Source: Eledone cirrhosa (Eukaryota). From it: 64,000 nt of DNA. The position numbers and the translations under genes are program-made. Of this stretch, positions 1-11,211 are shown piece by piece (positions within the stretch are counted from its first letter, which is position 1; each line of letters begins with the position of its first letter). The notes below the pieces were generated by a model. The model saw only the letters and a program-made list of their open reading frames with translations. It was not told the DNA's origin and made no database searches. The stretch spans positions 2,976,001 through 3,040,000 of the forward strand of contig OZ024746.1 of the NCBI GenBank assembly GCA_964016885.1, given 5' to 3'.

Positions 1-134
1 GGATAACATCCATGAGCTTGGCTGGACTCACTTGGGGATCCAGCCAGATCAGTTGGAGACAGTTACTTCTGACAGGACCCATTGGAAGGAGTCTGAGGAT
101 TCTGCCCCACAACCCTCTCAGGAATAAGTGGGCA

Positions 135-181
<47 letters not shown>

Positions 182-185
182 ATAG
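1..185 (+). mobile_element. 3' end of RTE (Expander/Rex3-like) LINE with (GTA)n tail
   Basis: 1-135 is similar to the 3' end of the RTE copy at 42620-42755 (GATAACATCCATGAGCTTGGCTGG...GGAATAAGTGGG), followed by a (GTA)n microsatellite tail. Confidence 0.75.
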
Positions 186-458
186 CAGAAATATGAAAAA
201 GAAAGATAAAAACAAAATTAAGTAATGAAAAAAGGGAGAAGGAGTAAAGAAGGGCAGTTTAGGAAAGTAAAGGAAAGGACTATAAATGCCATAAATGAGA
301 AGAAAGAGCAAGGACTATTTTCTTACCTGCTTCCCAATTTAGACTTAGTTAACAAAATAGCAACTTACAAGATATTTAATACCATTAAATTACATGTGTT
401 GCATTCCCATGATACGGTATTTATTGCTTTTGGAGCAGATGGTCAATTAGTTCAACTA

Positions 459-495
459 GCAGAAAAACCACCCTTCAGGTGGTTTTTCTGCTAGC
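459..495. repeat. Hairpin/inverted repeat CTAGCAGAAAAACCACC / GGTGGTTTTTCTGCTAG
   Basis: 17-bp perfect arms around a very short loop, read directly. Confidence 0.8.
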
Positions 496-1279
496 ATGTG
501 TAGTGTATATATTGATATTATACGCAGGTATATATACATGTAGATACGATACACCAAATAAAATCGTAATTGACAATATACACAGAAATGGAACGGAGAC
601 TGCGTTACACTGTTTTATGTAATCAGTAAAGTAATCCATGATACATTAAAAAAGACGATATTATATATAAACTGCATTAGGAGAAAATTAGTGACGGAAA
701 TATATGAATGTTTATTTAAGCGATCGCTCACCAGAAGTGTTGACATTTGAAAATTTTAAAGAAGTGAATCTTAAAATAAGCCACAAAATTATTTATATTT
801 AATCAAGAATAACGAAATTTAGTAGATAAATTATGTAATATTCATTCATTATTTATTCAAAGTAATCCAACTTATTTTACAAACGGGATAACAAAAATAT
901 ATTCTGTACGCAGTCCCGCACTCCTTTCTTTACTATAGTTTAGATTGAAAATATCTTACAAACAGTGATGCATGTTTCTAAAGTGTTAGACACAATTCTA
1001 TTGAAAACAAGTTGTAAGACTTATACATATTTAAATGGTGTCTCTATATGTTATAATGCCAAAGTTGAATACAACAAAAGAATTTGTTTAAATTTTTAAA
1101 ACTTGCTTATAAATTAATAATGATAAATGCAAATTTTCAACTGAATCTATTTACATTCTTTGCTCAGTTTCTGCTCTCAGAAGTTATAACATTGTTGATT
1201 ATCTTAAAAATAGTTACCATGGATACTGTTAAAATGGATACTTTTCTTAGTTACTAAATTGTGTGTGTGTGTGACATCT

Positions 1280-1505
1280 CACACCTATGCAGGTTTAGCT
1301 AGCCTCCTTCAAGGTATATCTCGTTGGAGATGTCTTGGGTGATTTAATGATAGGGACCCCAGTCCTATCATCTCATTTCTACAGCTGAGTAAACTGGAGT
1401 AACGTGAAATAAAGTGTCTTGCTCAAGGAAACACCACATCACCTGGTCCGAGAATTGAACTCACAACCTTTTGATTGCAAGCCCAGTGCTCTAACCACTA
1501 AGCCT
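1280..1505 (-). mobile_element. tRNA-derived SINE, family B (CTTGAGCAAG core)
   Basis: Minus strand reads GGCTTAGTGGTTAGAGC (A box)...GAGTTCAATTC (B box)...TTTCCTTGAGCAAGACACTTTATTTCAC; related copies at 16362, 36385, 41590. Confidence 0.8.
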
Positions 1506-1679
1506 TCACAGTTACTAAATTCTCTCTCTCTAAAAATTATTTCATGTTAGAGAAATAGATGTAAAGAGAAAGATATAAAAGATGTCAAAATCTGTCACTT
1601 AAGCAGATCATTGTTTTTTCGTTTTGGGGTTTTCTTTATGAAATATAATGTATATTTTGTCAACTATATTTTACAGTCA

Positions 1680-1960
1680 TACAATGGCTTTTCCACGGAC
1701 AATGGTCAGCACAATCGCTGCAACAGCCACCCCACCTTGCAGGGGTCCTTTTTCAGAAGGGCTGCTGATGTTCCGATTTTGTAGAGGAGCTCAACAGTCT
1801 GGGTTCTGAGGATGCCTGAGGTCTCAACAACGATTGATGCAAAGAGGAAGCGGCCGGACAAGCTTCGGTATTTGCTTGTCTTCCTGTCTTCTACTTTGCG
1901 GTCCCTGGTACCAGGGTTTGTGGCCAGAGTGACTAAGTTGGAGGTGGAGAATGTTGATCA
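1680..1960 (-). mobile_element. Decayed C-terminal restriction-like endonuclease fragment of a CRE-like non-LTR retrotransposon
   Basis: Minus translation ...RKVEDRKTSKYRSLSGRFLFASIVVETSGIL... matches the K..KY..L...Y.F.P.AVET.G pattern of CRE-type RLE domains. Confidence 0.6.
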
Positions 1961-2359
1961 GAAATCCGTAGCTTATATGTTTGATAAAAATCACAGAAAC
2001 AAGATTTTAAATGAATGATCAGAACTTATGCTGTTTTGTAATGAAATAATATACAAGATCATGTAACTTTTTTAGTCTGTTTTGTAGAGTAACCACTTAG
2101 AATTCCACAAAATGTGTTTACTACCGAGATATTACAAGATCAACACATTTTTTTATGTCTAAAATCATTTTTATTCAGTGAATGGCTTTAAATATGTTGT
2201 TTATGGCTGTCTCATTTGTTAAAAGTTACAACCACATTGTATCATTCAGAACAACATCAGCTTATCAGCTGTATACATCTATTAGACAGCATAAGCAATG
2301 ATTTTAAGAGATCATTATCTTCAGCAAGTTATATTTGTTGATTGTTATTAAGGAATATT

Positions 2360-2550
2360 AGTGAATTGGCAGTATCAGAAGAGGGTCGGACGCCATGCTT
2401 TGATGCAAAGAGTTACGTCCCTTTACGATTTGAGTTCAAATCCCGCCGAGGTTAACTTTGCCTTTCATCCTTATGGGGTCGATAAAATAAAGTACCAGTA
2501 ATATACTGGGTAATTTGCTGGCCTTGTGCCAAAAGTAGAAACAATTATTA
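2360..2550 (+). mobile_element. tRNA-derived SINE, family A (octopod-like)
   Basis: GAGTTCAAATCCCGCCGAGG B box, TTTGCCTTTCATCC...GGGGTCGATAAAATAAAGTACCAGT core, GCCTTGTGCCAAAAGTAGAAAC+(ATT)n end; more than 10 copies in window. Confidence 0.85.
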
Positions 2551-2784
2551 TTTATGTTTAAATGTTGCAGTATGTCTTCATTGCTTGCCATTTCTTGCTA
2601 GACCACATTATATCTATGTTTAGTTTATCTGGATTTGACCAATCAGACTGAGGGACCTTCTTCAACTCTTCTAACCTGACATCCCTTTTTCATGATAAAG
2701 TTCTCCCAAATGATTGCTTGACACCACACACCCCTACACGAATTGGATAGTACCACTGTTATATTGGTATCATTTGGGAAAATA

Positions 2785-3000
2785 TTATTTTTATAAATAA
2801 TTTAGCTGGCAATCAATGTTTATCATTGATTAACCAGTTAAAAATATATCATTGATTAACCAATAGTTAAAAATATAAATATAAATATATTTGGGGGTTG
2901 TCTCTGTTTGTGCATGCATTTGATAAATTATATTTATATTTTTAACTGTTGGTCAATCAATGATAAACATTGTTTGCCAGCTAAATTATTTATGAAAATA
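2785..3000. repeat. Inverted repeat (fold-back), arms about 65-100 bp
   Basis: TAAATAATTTAGCTGGCAATCAATGTTTATCATTGATT...AGTTAAAAATATA versus its reverse complement at 2935-3000. Confidence 0.8.
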
Positions 3001-3344
3001 TAAAAATGTACTGAGGTGAAAACCCAACCAAACAGTGAGTGTGTTTTACTATTTTTGGCAATATTAGGACAACATCACCCTCCCCAAATACAACAATAAA
3101 ACATTATATTTGTTCTAAAGTCTAAAAATGTAGATATTCATGCATTAGAATCTGTCCTGCCTGCTGTCTTAACTGTGATTGTTATTACATACATTCACAA
3201 ACTCAACAGCCAATAAATATCTATTTGGACTTCCTTGAAAATTAATGACAGGAATAAATAAGCATGCGAGTCTGACTTTCTTCACCTGGAAAGGTTCTAT
3301 TGATGAAGTATATCTGTAATAACAAGTTGAACCATTCAAAGATA

Positions 3345-3748
3345 ATATAATTCTTTCTACATTTGGCACAAGGCCAGCAATTACCCCAGTATATTACTGG
3401 TACTTTATTTTATCGACCCCGTAAGGATGAACGGTAAAGTTAACCTTGGCGGCATTTGAACTCAGATCATAAAGGGCCGTAATTCTATGCTACAAAGCAT
3501 GGCATCCGACCCTCTACTGATACTGCCAATCCACCGCCATTGAAAGATAATATAATTCTTTCTACTTTTGACACAAGGCCAGAAATTATCCCAGTGTATT
3601 ACTGGTACTTTATTTTATCGACCCCGTAAAGATGAAAGGCAAAGTTAATCTCAGCGGGATTTGAACTCAGACCATAAAGAGCCATAACTCTTTTTTGCTG
3701 CAAAGCATGGTGTCCGACCCTCTACCGATACTGCCAATCTACCGCCCT
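3345..3748 (-). mobile_element. Head-to-tail dimer of family A SINE
   Basis: Two full copies (about 3345-3540 and 3552-3748), each preceded by AAAGATAATATAATT. Confidence 0.85.
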
Positions 3749-4949
3749 TTATATTCAACAGGTCTAAGTCCCTATTATTATATTCAAAGATAATATAATA
3801 ATTGGGACCTGTTTGGAGATGCCACAAATAATGTTGAAGTCAAGTATTTTAACATATGATGTAACTGGGAAATAACTTTCACTGTTTTACTACTCAGCAA
3901 TTCAATTAACTCTTAGTACCCTCTACTACATGAGACCACATTAACATTATGGTCTTCAAAAGTAGAAAGCAACACTAACATTGCATCATTTTAAAAACTA
4001 AAGTCTTTACTTTAGTTTATTGCAAATTTTCACTCTAAATTTTTCACTGCAAATTTTTACTAGTAAAGATACTATAAACGTTCAAATCAACAAATCTATT
4101 TTTAGCTATATTCTACTGAATTATTACAGTATGTTAAGAGATAACATAACAATTTTTGCAATGATCTGTCCTCTAATAAAGATACTATAAATGTTCGAAT
4201 TAACAAACCCATTTTTATATATTTTCTACTGAATCATTTTGGGATGTTAAGAGTTCAACTAATGAACTTTCCATGGTATTCTGATCACATTAGTAGACCA
4301 ACTGAAATATATGGTTGCACCTTTAAAAATATATTTAAAATATTGCTCTAATGATTTACCCATTTGGACATTCCTATTGTTCTAATAATACTAATGTATG
4401 TGGCTTTGTGTACTGGGGAGAATAAGATAATTTCATGCTTTTACTGGTAGAGTCATCAGAACGTCAGCAAGAATGCTTTTCAGTATTTGTTTCAGCTCTA
4501 AGCTTGCTGAGGTCAACTTTGCCTTTCATCCTTTTGAGGGTGATAAAAATAAGTATCAGTTTCGTACTGGGGTCTATTCATCCTCTATATCTCTTTCTCG
4601 TTTCTTCTCTCTCACTTTCTATCATTTTCTGGAAGAAATCTGCTGTGTTCAAACCTGAAGAGAGATGGGCTCTGCCAGGTTTAAAATGTCCAAGAAATGC
4701 TGTTTACCAACCAGTACGATGCTCCTACAACTCCACCACAAGTCACGGGACCATACATACATGATATCTATAGAAATGGTTGATTTTTCTTGAGATTCTG
4801 AGCTGCTGCATATCACTGTTGCTATAAATACTCTGTAAACTGCTATCTCTGACAGTTCTGTTAGTAGAACCTTTAGTAAAGCCTGCTTTAAATTGTCTTC
4901 ATTCTTGGCTTATTATTACTTCACAATGTTTTGTTTTTACATTGTCTAC

Positions 4950-5305
4950 TCTCAGATCTTGAATAATCACTCCCCTGCTTATTAATTTTTCAGACCCTCT
5001 TATTCAACCCCACACCCCCGCCTATTAAATTTTGCTAATCTATCTCTAGCAAAATTTTATTTTAAGTAGTAGCATTCCTGCGACAATTTTCTTTACACAG
5101 GAAAAATATTATATATAGCAAAAAAAAGTACATTACTAGAAGTCCCATACATTATAAAATAAATAAGATCGGTTGGGGTCTCAAATGTAAACTAAACAAC
5201 TAATTCTGTTTTTTTTTAAAATCAATGGAGACAACCTAGAAAAATTACTGACCCCCCCCCCCCCCCGTTTATTCCCCGCCCCCATTATTTGGGACCCAAA
5301 AGTAA
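4950..5305 (+). mobile_element. Non-autonomous DNA transposon (MITE-like, TA-flanked)
   Basis: Reverse-complement copy at 28268-28957; imperfect terminal inverted repeats bounded by TA. Confidence 0.6.
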
Positions 5306-5400
5306 TCAAAAAGAAAGAAAGAGAAAGAAAAGGTACCACACATAGAACTTGAAGTTTCTCCATTACTAAGACAATCAATGCAAATAATAATTTAGCTTAA

Positions 5401-5621
5401 CCCTTTAGCATTTACATTACTCTATATTTACTGTTGTATTTTCATGGTAAAGGCTTTACCTTGCATAATTATCTCACATAATATTGAATCTATGAGATTT
5501 TGTTATTATTTATTTTGAGAACAATATCTTAACATCAGTATGAGTGGCCAGTTCTGGCCGGTTTGAACAGAAAGAGGTGAGAGAATTCTGGCAGAATACA
5601 GCCTGTTTAAATGCTAAAGGG
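5401..5621 (+). mobile_element. TTAA-specific (piggyBac-type) MITE
   Basis: TTAA|CCCTTTAGCATTTA...TAAATGCTAAAGGG|TTAA: TIR plus TTAA target duplication; 4 copies in window. Confidence 0.85.
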
Positions 5622-5974
5622 TTAAACATTTGCAGAATTGATATTTGGTGAAGGTAGAGAAAATGTAGGAAATGTGTGTATTGCAAAGACATTGCAATTG
5701 TAGGTGAATGAGGATCAGATAAGTGTTGTGTAATGATACAGGTGAGGTGGTGAAAATAAGGAGGTATGGAGTTGATATTGTTATAAGGGGGGACACAGTT
5801 TATATAGTTCAATAGAAGCTACTATAGTAATGGTAGAAAAGAGGGAGAACATATTTTGGTGAGTGGTGTGGAATTTTGCAGAGTTGAATGACCTGTTTTG
5901 TTTCAGTGCAGTCTAGAATGTATGCGTATGCAGCAACTGTATCATGCTTCATGTGTGAGCAATACTCTGGTGGG

Positions 5975-6185
5975 GGAGGGGGCAGTTGTAGTGAGGGGGG
6001 CAGTTGTAGTGAGGGAGGGACAGTTGTAATGAGGGGGGAGCAGTTGTAGTGAGGGGGATAGTTGTAGTGAGAAGGGGGGGGGGGGCAATTTTAGTGAGGG
6101 GGGTACTTGTAGTGAGGGGGGACAGTTGTAGTGAGATGTGGGTGGAGTCGATTTTAGTGGAGAGGGGGGGGGGGCTTGTAGTGAT
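5975..6185. repeat. G-rich minisatellite, about 18-20 bp unit (CAGTTGTAGTGAGGGGG)
   Basis: Direct tandem copies visible. Confidence 0.8.
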
Positions 6186-6225
6186 ATTTCCAGATATTTA
6201 GCAATGGTTCATGTTATAGAGAATC

Positions 6226-6983
6226 AACCAACAACAACACCACCACCACCAACAAAACCACCACCACAACCAACAACAACACCACCACCACCAACAACAC
6301 CACCACCACCAACAACAACACCAACACCACTATCAACAACTCCACCACCACCACCACCAACAACACCACCACTACCACCACCAACAACAACAACACTACC
6401 AATACAACGAACACAACCAATACCACCACCACAACCAACAGCACCACCACCACCAACACCACCACCACCAACACCACCACAACTAACACCACCAACACCA
6501 CCACCACCACCACCACCACCAACACCACAAGCAACACCACAACCAACACCACCACCACCACCACCACAACCAACACCACCACCACCAACACAACTAACAC
6601 CACCACCAACACCACCACCACCACCACCACCACCAACACCACAAGCAACACCACAAGCAACACCACCACCACCACCACCACCACCACCACCACCACCACC
6701 ACCAACACCACCACCAACAGCACCACCACCACCAACACCACCACCACCACCACCACCACCACCACCAACACCACAAGCAACACTACAACCAACACCACCA
6801 CCACCACCACAACCAACACCACCACCACCACCACCAACACAACCAACACCACCACCACCACCACCACCACCACCACCAACACCACAAGCAACACCACAAG
6901 CAACACCACCACCACCAACACCACCACCAACAGCACCACCACCAACAACAACAACACCACCACCACCACCACCACCACCACCA
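6226..6983. repeat. (CCA/CAA)n complex trinucleotide microsatellite
   Basis: Pure CCA/ACA/CAA triplets; generates the spurious Pro/Thr, Val and Gly ORFs. Confidence 0.9.
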
Positions 6984-7442
6984 TTTAACCACTGTCTTAA
7001 TCTGAAGCTCGTCCATGTGAAGTATTCCAACCAGACCTCAGTTTGAGGATATCTTCTATGTTCAGTCTCAGAAGATTATAAAATATGGCAGGTTTAGCAA
7101 TTTATTACTGCTGGGAATAAATTATAATTTTCTAGAAATGACTGTATCAGTGGAGTTCCTCGGTCTTTGGAGTAACATTACATTGCATGATATAAGAATG
7201 TCATTTCATGGACATTGCTTCCTTAATCATTTACAACTTCTCTGATGACATAAAATTGAACAGAATTAATATCCTTGAGTTAATACTCAGATTATGTATC
7301 ATTGATGCATCTAATGGAGCTTGAGCAAGCTTTTCTGTTTAGTTTTTTCATAAATTTTTGTTTATTTTGTTCATTTGTGTCAGAAGAATAAAATTTATTT
7401 TGAATCTTTGCCTTTTCCCCATTATTATTTATGTGTTCTATT

Positions 7443-7632
7443 GGTGGTGAATTGGCAGTATTAGTAGAGGGTTGGACGTCATGCTTTGCAGCATAGAGTT
7501 ATGTCCCTTTACAGACTGAGTTCAAATCCCACCGAGGCAACTTTGCCTTTCATCCTTAAGGGGTCGATAAAATAAAGTACCAGTAATACACTGGGTAATT
7601 ACTGGCCTTGTGCCAAAAGTAGAAACAATTAT
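7443..7632 (+). mobile_element. Family A SINE
   Basis: Full-length match to 2360-2550. Confidence 0.85.
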
Positions 7633-7853
7633 TTATATGTTCTGAACCATGACATTCATATGACTCATTGGATTTACATACATGAAGTTGGACCCTTTAC
7701 AGATTATACCAATAATTGAGTAGATATGTCTTAACTTGCTGATTGTGAAATTAGATTGAAATGTTATTGGTATAACATTCTATCTGAATATCTACCCTTG
7801 TTATATATATATATATATAATATAAGATCAAAAGATGGTTAAAAGAGTTCGAG

Positions 7854-7924
7854 TATTTTATTATGCGCATTTCAAAAACAAATATCATCATGGGATGATA
7901 TCTGCGTTCTCATCAGATAAAATA
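7854..7924 (-). ncRNA. Type I hammerhead ribozyme, apparently intact
   Basis: Minus strand: TATTTTAT-CTGATGA-[about 16-bp stem II GAACGCAGATATCATC/GATGATATTTGTTTTT]-GAA-ATGCGCAT (palindromic stem III)-A|ATAAAATA; perfect 8-bp stem I, AUA triplet. Confidence 0.85.
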
Positions 7925-8046
7925 GGGAGACATGATATGAAGCTTAAAAAACACTTGTGAATAGTGAAGTTTTAAATCAACATTGTGCTACAATAAAACT
8001 CACCTCCTACATATATATATATATATATATACTTAATCAAAATATA

Positions 8047-8112
8047 TGTTTTATTATATATATTTCGAAGGTACTGTGCTGTTTTTTCAGTACGTCCTCG
8101 TCAAATAAAATA
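8047..8112 (-). ncRNA. Type I hammerhead ribozyme, C3U core variant
   Basis: Minus strand: TATTTTAT-TTGACGA-GGACGTACTG..CAGTACCTTC-GAA-ATATATAT-A|ATAAAACA; same family as 48958-49023. Confidence 0.7.
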
Positions 8113-8520
8113 CATGAATTGATATATATATATATATATATATATTCAAATAACAGATTAAAGTTTAAGCAAAGAATAGCTGCTTTCACTCTTAACGGGA
8201 TCTTATTTATCCTTATTGAACCCTCTTTGGATTTTAGTCTTCACATTTATTATTATTACTATATATATATATATTCATCATCGTTTTACGTCCATTTTCG
8301 GTGCTAGCATGTTAGACGAGTTTTCCCGTTGTGAGACAGCCAGGTCGGAGGACTCTGTTTTGCTCACAAATAACTGATTATATATATGTATATACATGTG
8401 TGTGTGTATGTGCGTGTATGTATACAGCTGGAATTGGAGAAGTACAGAGTTCATTTCTCTGTTCACAGCCATTTTCCTGTACTTAAGAACTTTTGGATTT
8501 TCGAAGCATATGTGTGTGTG

Positions 8521-8623
8521 TTTAATATAGAAATGGCTTCTATAGGAGTAGAACTGTTTCATTCAAAAGAAATCATCAGGAATGAAACAGTTCTAGTCCT
8601 GTAGAAGCCATTTCTATATTAAA
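8521..8623. repeat. 44-bp-arm fold-back with a hammerhead core at its centre
   Basis: Arms 8521-8564 and 8580-8623; minus strand of the centre reads CTGATGA-TTTC-TTTT-GAAT-GAAAC; right arm reads GAAAC-AGTTCTA-GTC. Confidence 0.65.
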
Positions 8624-8689
8624 TATGATGTTTAGACTCTACTAATATATTGAGTACCTTGCTGTGGTTACCGCCAATTGAACTTGGGA

Positions 8690-8905
8690 CTCACACACAC
8701 ACACACACACACTCACTCACTCACACACACACACTCACACACTAACACACACACACACATGCACACACACACACTCACTCACTCACTCACTCACTCACTC
8801 ACTCACTCACTCACTCACTCACTCACTCACTCACTCACTCACTCACAGACACACACACACTCACACACTCACACACACACTCACACACACATGCACTCAC
8901 ATATA
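8690..8905. repeat. (CA)n/(CACT)n compound microsatellite
   Basis: Direct reading. Confidence 0.9.
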
Positions 8906-8999
8906 TATATGAACAATTTTGATCAATACACAATAATATCGATCATAGTGCCTGGTAATTGTTCAATTATATATCTACATCTATATATATATATATAGA

Positions 9000-9660
9000 T
9001 GTACAGGAAAAGTTGGCAGTAGTAATCGCAGTGATAGACACATTTTTCCAGTGCAGGTAGGTTCTATAGAAGTGGTTGATAGCTTCCGGTACCTAGGTGA
9101 TCAGATTAGCATGGGAGGGGGTGTTCCGAGGCCATAGTATCTAGAATAAGGACAGTTGGAAGAAGTTTAGGGAGCTGCTTCCTCTGTTGACAAAGAAGGG
9201 TTTCTCCCTGCGTACGAAAGGCCGGTTATATGATGCCTGTATGAGGAGTGCGATGCTGCATGGTAGTGAGACATGGGCAGCAACTGCAGAGGATATGCGA
9301 CGGCTGGAGAGAAATGAGGCAAGCATGCTCCGTTGGATGTGCAATGTCAATGTGCGTTAACGATCAAGCATAAATGTGTTGAGAGAGAGGAATAAGTTGC
9401 GGTGTGCAAGAGAGAAGATTGAGATGGTATGGACATGTGATGCGCATGGAGGATGACCGGTGGGTAAAGAAGTGCCAGGAAGTCCCAGTAGAAGGAAGAC
9501 TATGAAAATCATGGGTGGAGGTGGTAAGAGCAGACCTCAGATCGCTGAAACTCATGGAAGAGATGACGAAGGACCATGACAAGTGGAGAGATACTGTGCT
9601 GAATAGGACTCGTCCCACCCTTACAAGCAGGGTAAAGCAGACATAAAATAATGATGATGA
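9000..9660 (+). mobile_element. 5'-truncated RTE LINE remnant (RT C-terminus to (GAT)n tail)
   Basis: Translates as ...VVDSFRYLGD...WKKFRELLPLLTKKGFSLRTKGRLYDACMRSAMLHGSETW...RLRWYGHVMRM, with stops and frameshifts. Confidence 0.85.
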
Positions 9661-9724
9661 TATATATATTGGCCCAACACTTGCTAGCAGGGAAAACGAA
9701 TGTTAAATTATGATGGGGATATAT

Positions 9725-10330
9725 TACATTATCCTCTCATCATTGTCATCATCATCATTGTCATCATCACCATTGTCATCATCATCATTGTCATCACCAC
9801 CACTGTCATCATCATTATCCTCTCATCATTGTCATCATCATTGTCATCATCATCATTATCCTCTCATCATTGTCATCCTCATCATTATCCTCTCATCATT
9901 GTCATCATCATCATTATCCTCTCATCATTATCCTCTCATCATTGTCATCATCATCATTGTCCTCTCATCATTGTCATCCTCATCATTATCCTCTCATCAT
10001 TGTCATCCTCATCATTATCCTCTCATCATTGTCATCCTCATCATTATCCTCTCATCATTATCCTCTCATCATTGTCATCCTCATCATTATCCTCTCATCA
10101 TTGTCATCATTATCCTCTCATCATTGTCATCCTCATCATTGTCATCATCATCATTATCCTCTCATCATTGTCATCCTCATCATTGTCATCATCATCATTA
10201 TCCTCTCATCATTATCCTCTCATCATTATCCTCTCATCATTATCCTCTCATCATTATCCTCTCATCATTGTCATCCTCATCATTGTCATCATCATCATTA
10301 TCCTCTCATCATTATCCTCTCATCATTGTC
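9725..10330. repeat. (CAT)n-derived complex repeat (CATTATCCTCTCATCATTGTCAT units)
   Basis: Direct reading; source of Ser/His/Ile ORFs. Confidence 0.9.
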
Positions 10331-10479
10331 AGCCAATCTTCTCCTTCAATCCAATCAATGTCACTCTGTTGTTGAAAGTTCATTTGTTTCAGATTGCATG
10401 GATTGTCATGAAATAGAAATACTTGTAGGATGGGGGGGGGGGGGGGGGGGGATATATATAGTGAGGGGGGGGGGGCATA

Positions 10480-11140
10480 GATTGTGGTGGGAGGGTGGGG
10501 AGGTGGTGTGGGTATAGATGGTGGTGGGAGGGTGGGGGAGGTGGTGTGTGGTATAGATGGTGGTGGGAGGGTGGGGGAGGTGGCGTGTGGTATAGATGGT
10601 GGTGGGAGGGTGGGGGAGGTGGCGTGTGGTATAGATGGTGGTGGGAGGTGGTGTGTGGTATAGATGGTGGTGGGAGGGTGGGTGATGTGGTGTGTGGTAT
10701 AGATGGTGGTGGGAGGGTGGAGGAGGTGGTGTGTGGTATAGATGGTGGTGGGAGGTGGTGTGTGGTATAGATGGTGGTGGGAGGGTGGGTGATGTGGTGT
10801 GTGGTATAGATGGTGGTGGGAGGGTGGAGGAGGTGGTGTGTGGTATAGATGGTGGTGGGAGGGTGGGGGAAGTGGTGTGTGGTATAGATGGTGGTGGGAG
10901 GGTGGGGGAGGTGGTGTGTGGCATAGAGGGTGGGGGAGGTGGTGTGTGGCATAGAGGGTGGTGGGATGGTGGGGGAGGTGGTGTGTGGTATAGAGGGTGG
11001 GGGAGGTGGTGTGTGGTATAGAGGGTGGGGGAGGTGGTGTGTGGTATAGATGGTGGTGGGAGGGTGGGGGAGGTGGTATGTGGTATAGAGGGTGGGGTAG
11101 GTGGTGTGTGGTATAGATGGTGGTGGGAGGGTGGGGGTTA
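10480..11140. repeat. G-rich minisatellite, about 30-39 bp unit (GGTGGTGTGTGGTATAGATGGTGGTGGGAGGGTGGGGGA)
   Basis: Tandem copies with strong G skew. Confidence 0.9.
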
Positions 11141-11211
11141 TAAGAGAGGGGAGAGGGGGGAGAAGGAAGGAGAGAGAAATGGTAAGAGAGAGAGAGAGAG
11201 AGGGGGAGGTG

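Noticed and set aside
2360-2450. tRNA genes at SINE heads
   Set aside because: A/B-box-like motifs only; no full cloverleaf and always attached to the SINE body
6138-7046. 302-aa Pro/Thr-rich ORF (extensin/mucin-like)
   Set aside because: Translation of a (CCA/CAA)n microsatellite, open on both strands; no signal peptide or splice support
8145-8255. Third hammerhead-like motif on the minus strand (GTGAAGA...GAAAGCAGCTA)
   Set aside because: Core mismatch and no convincing stem I
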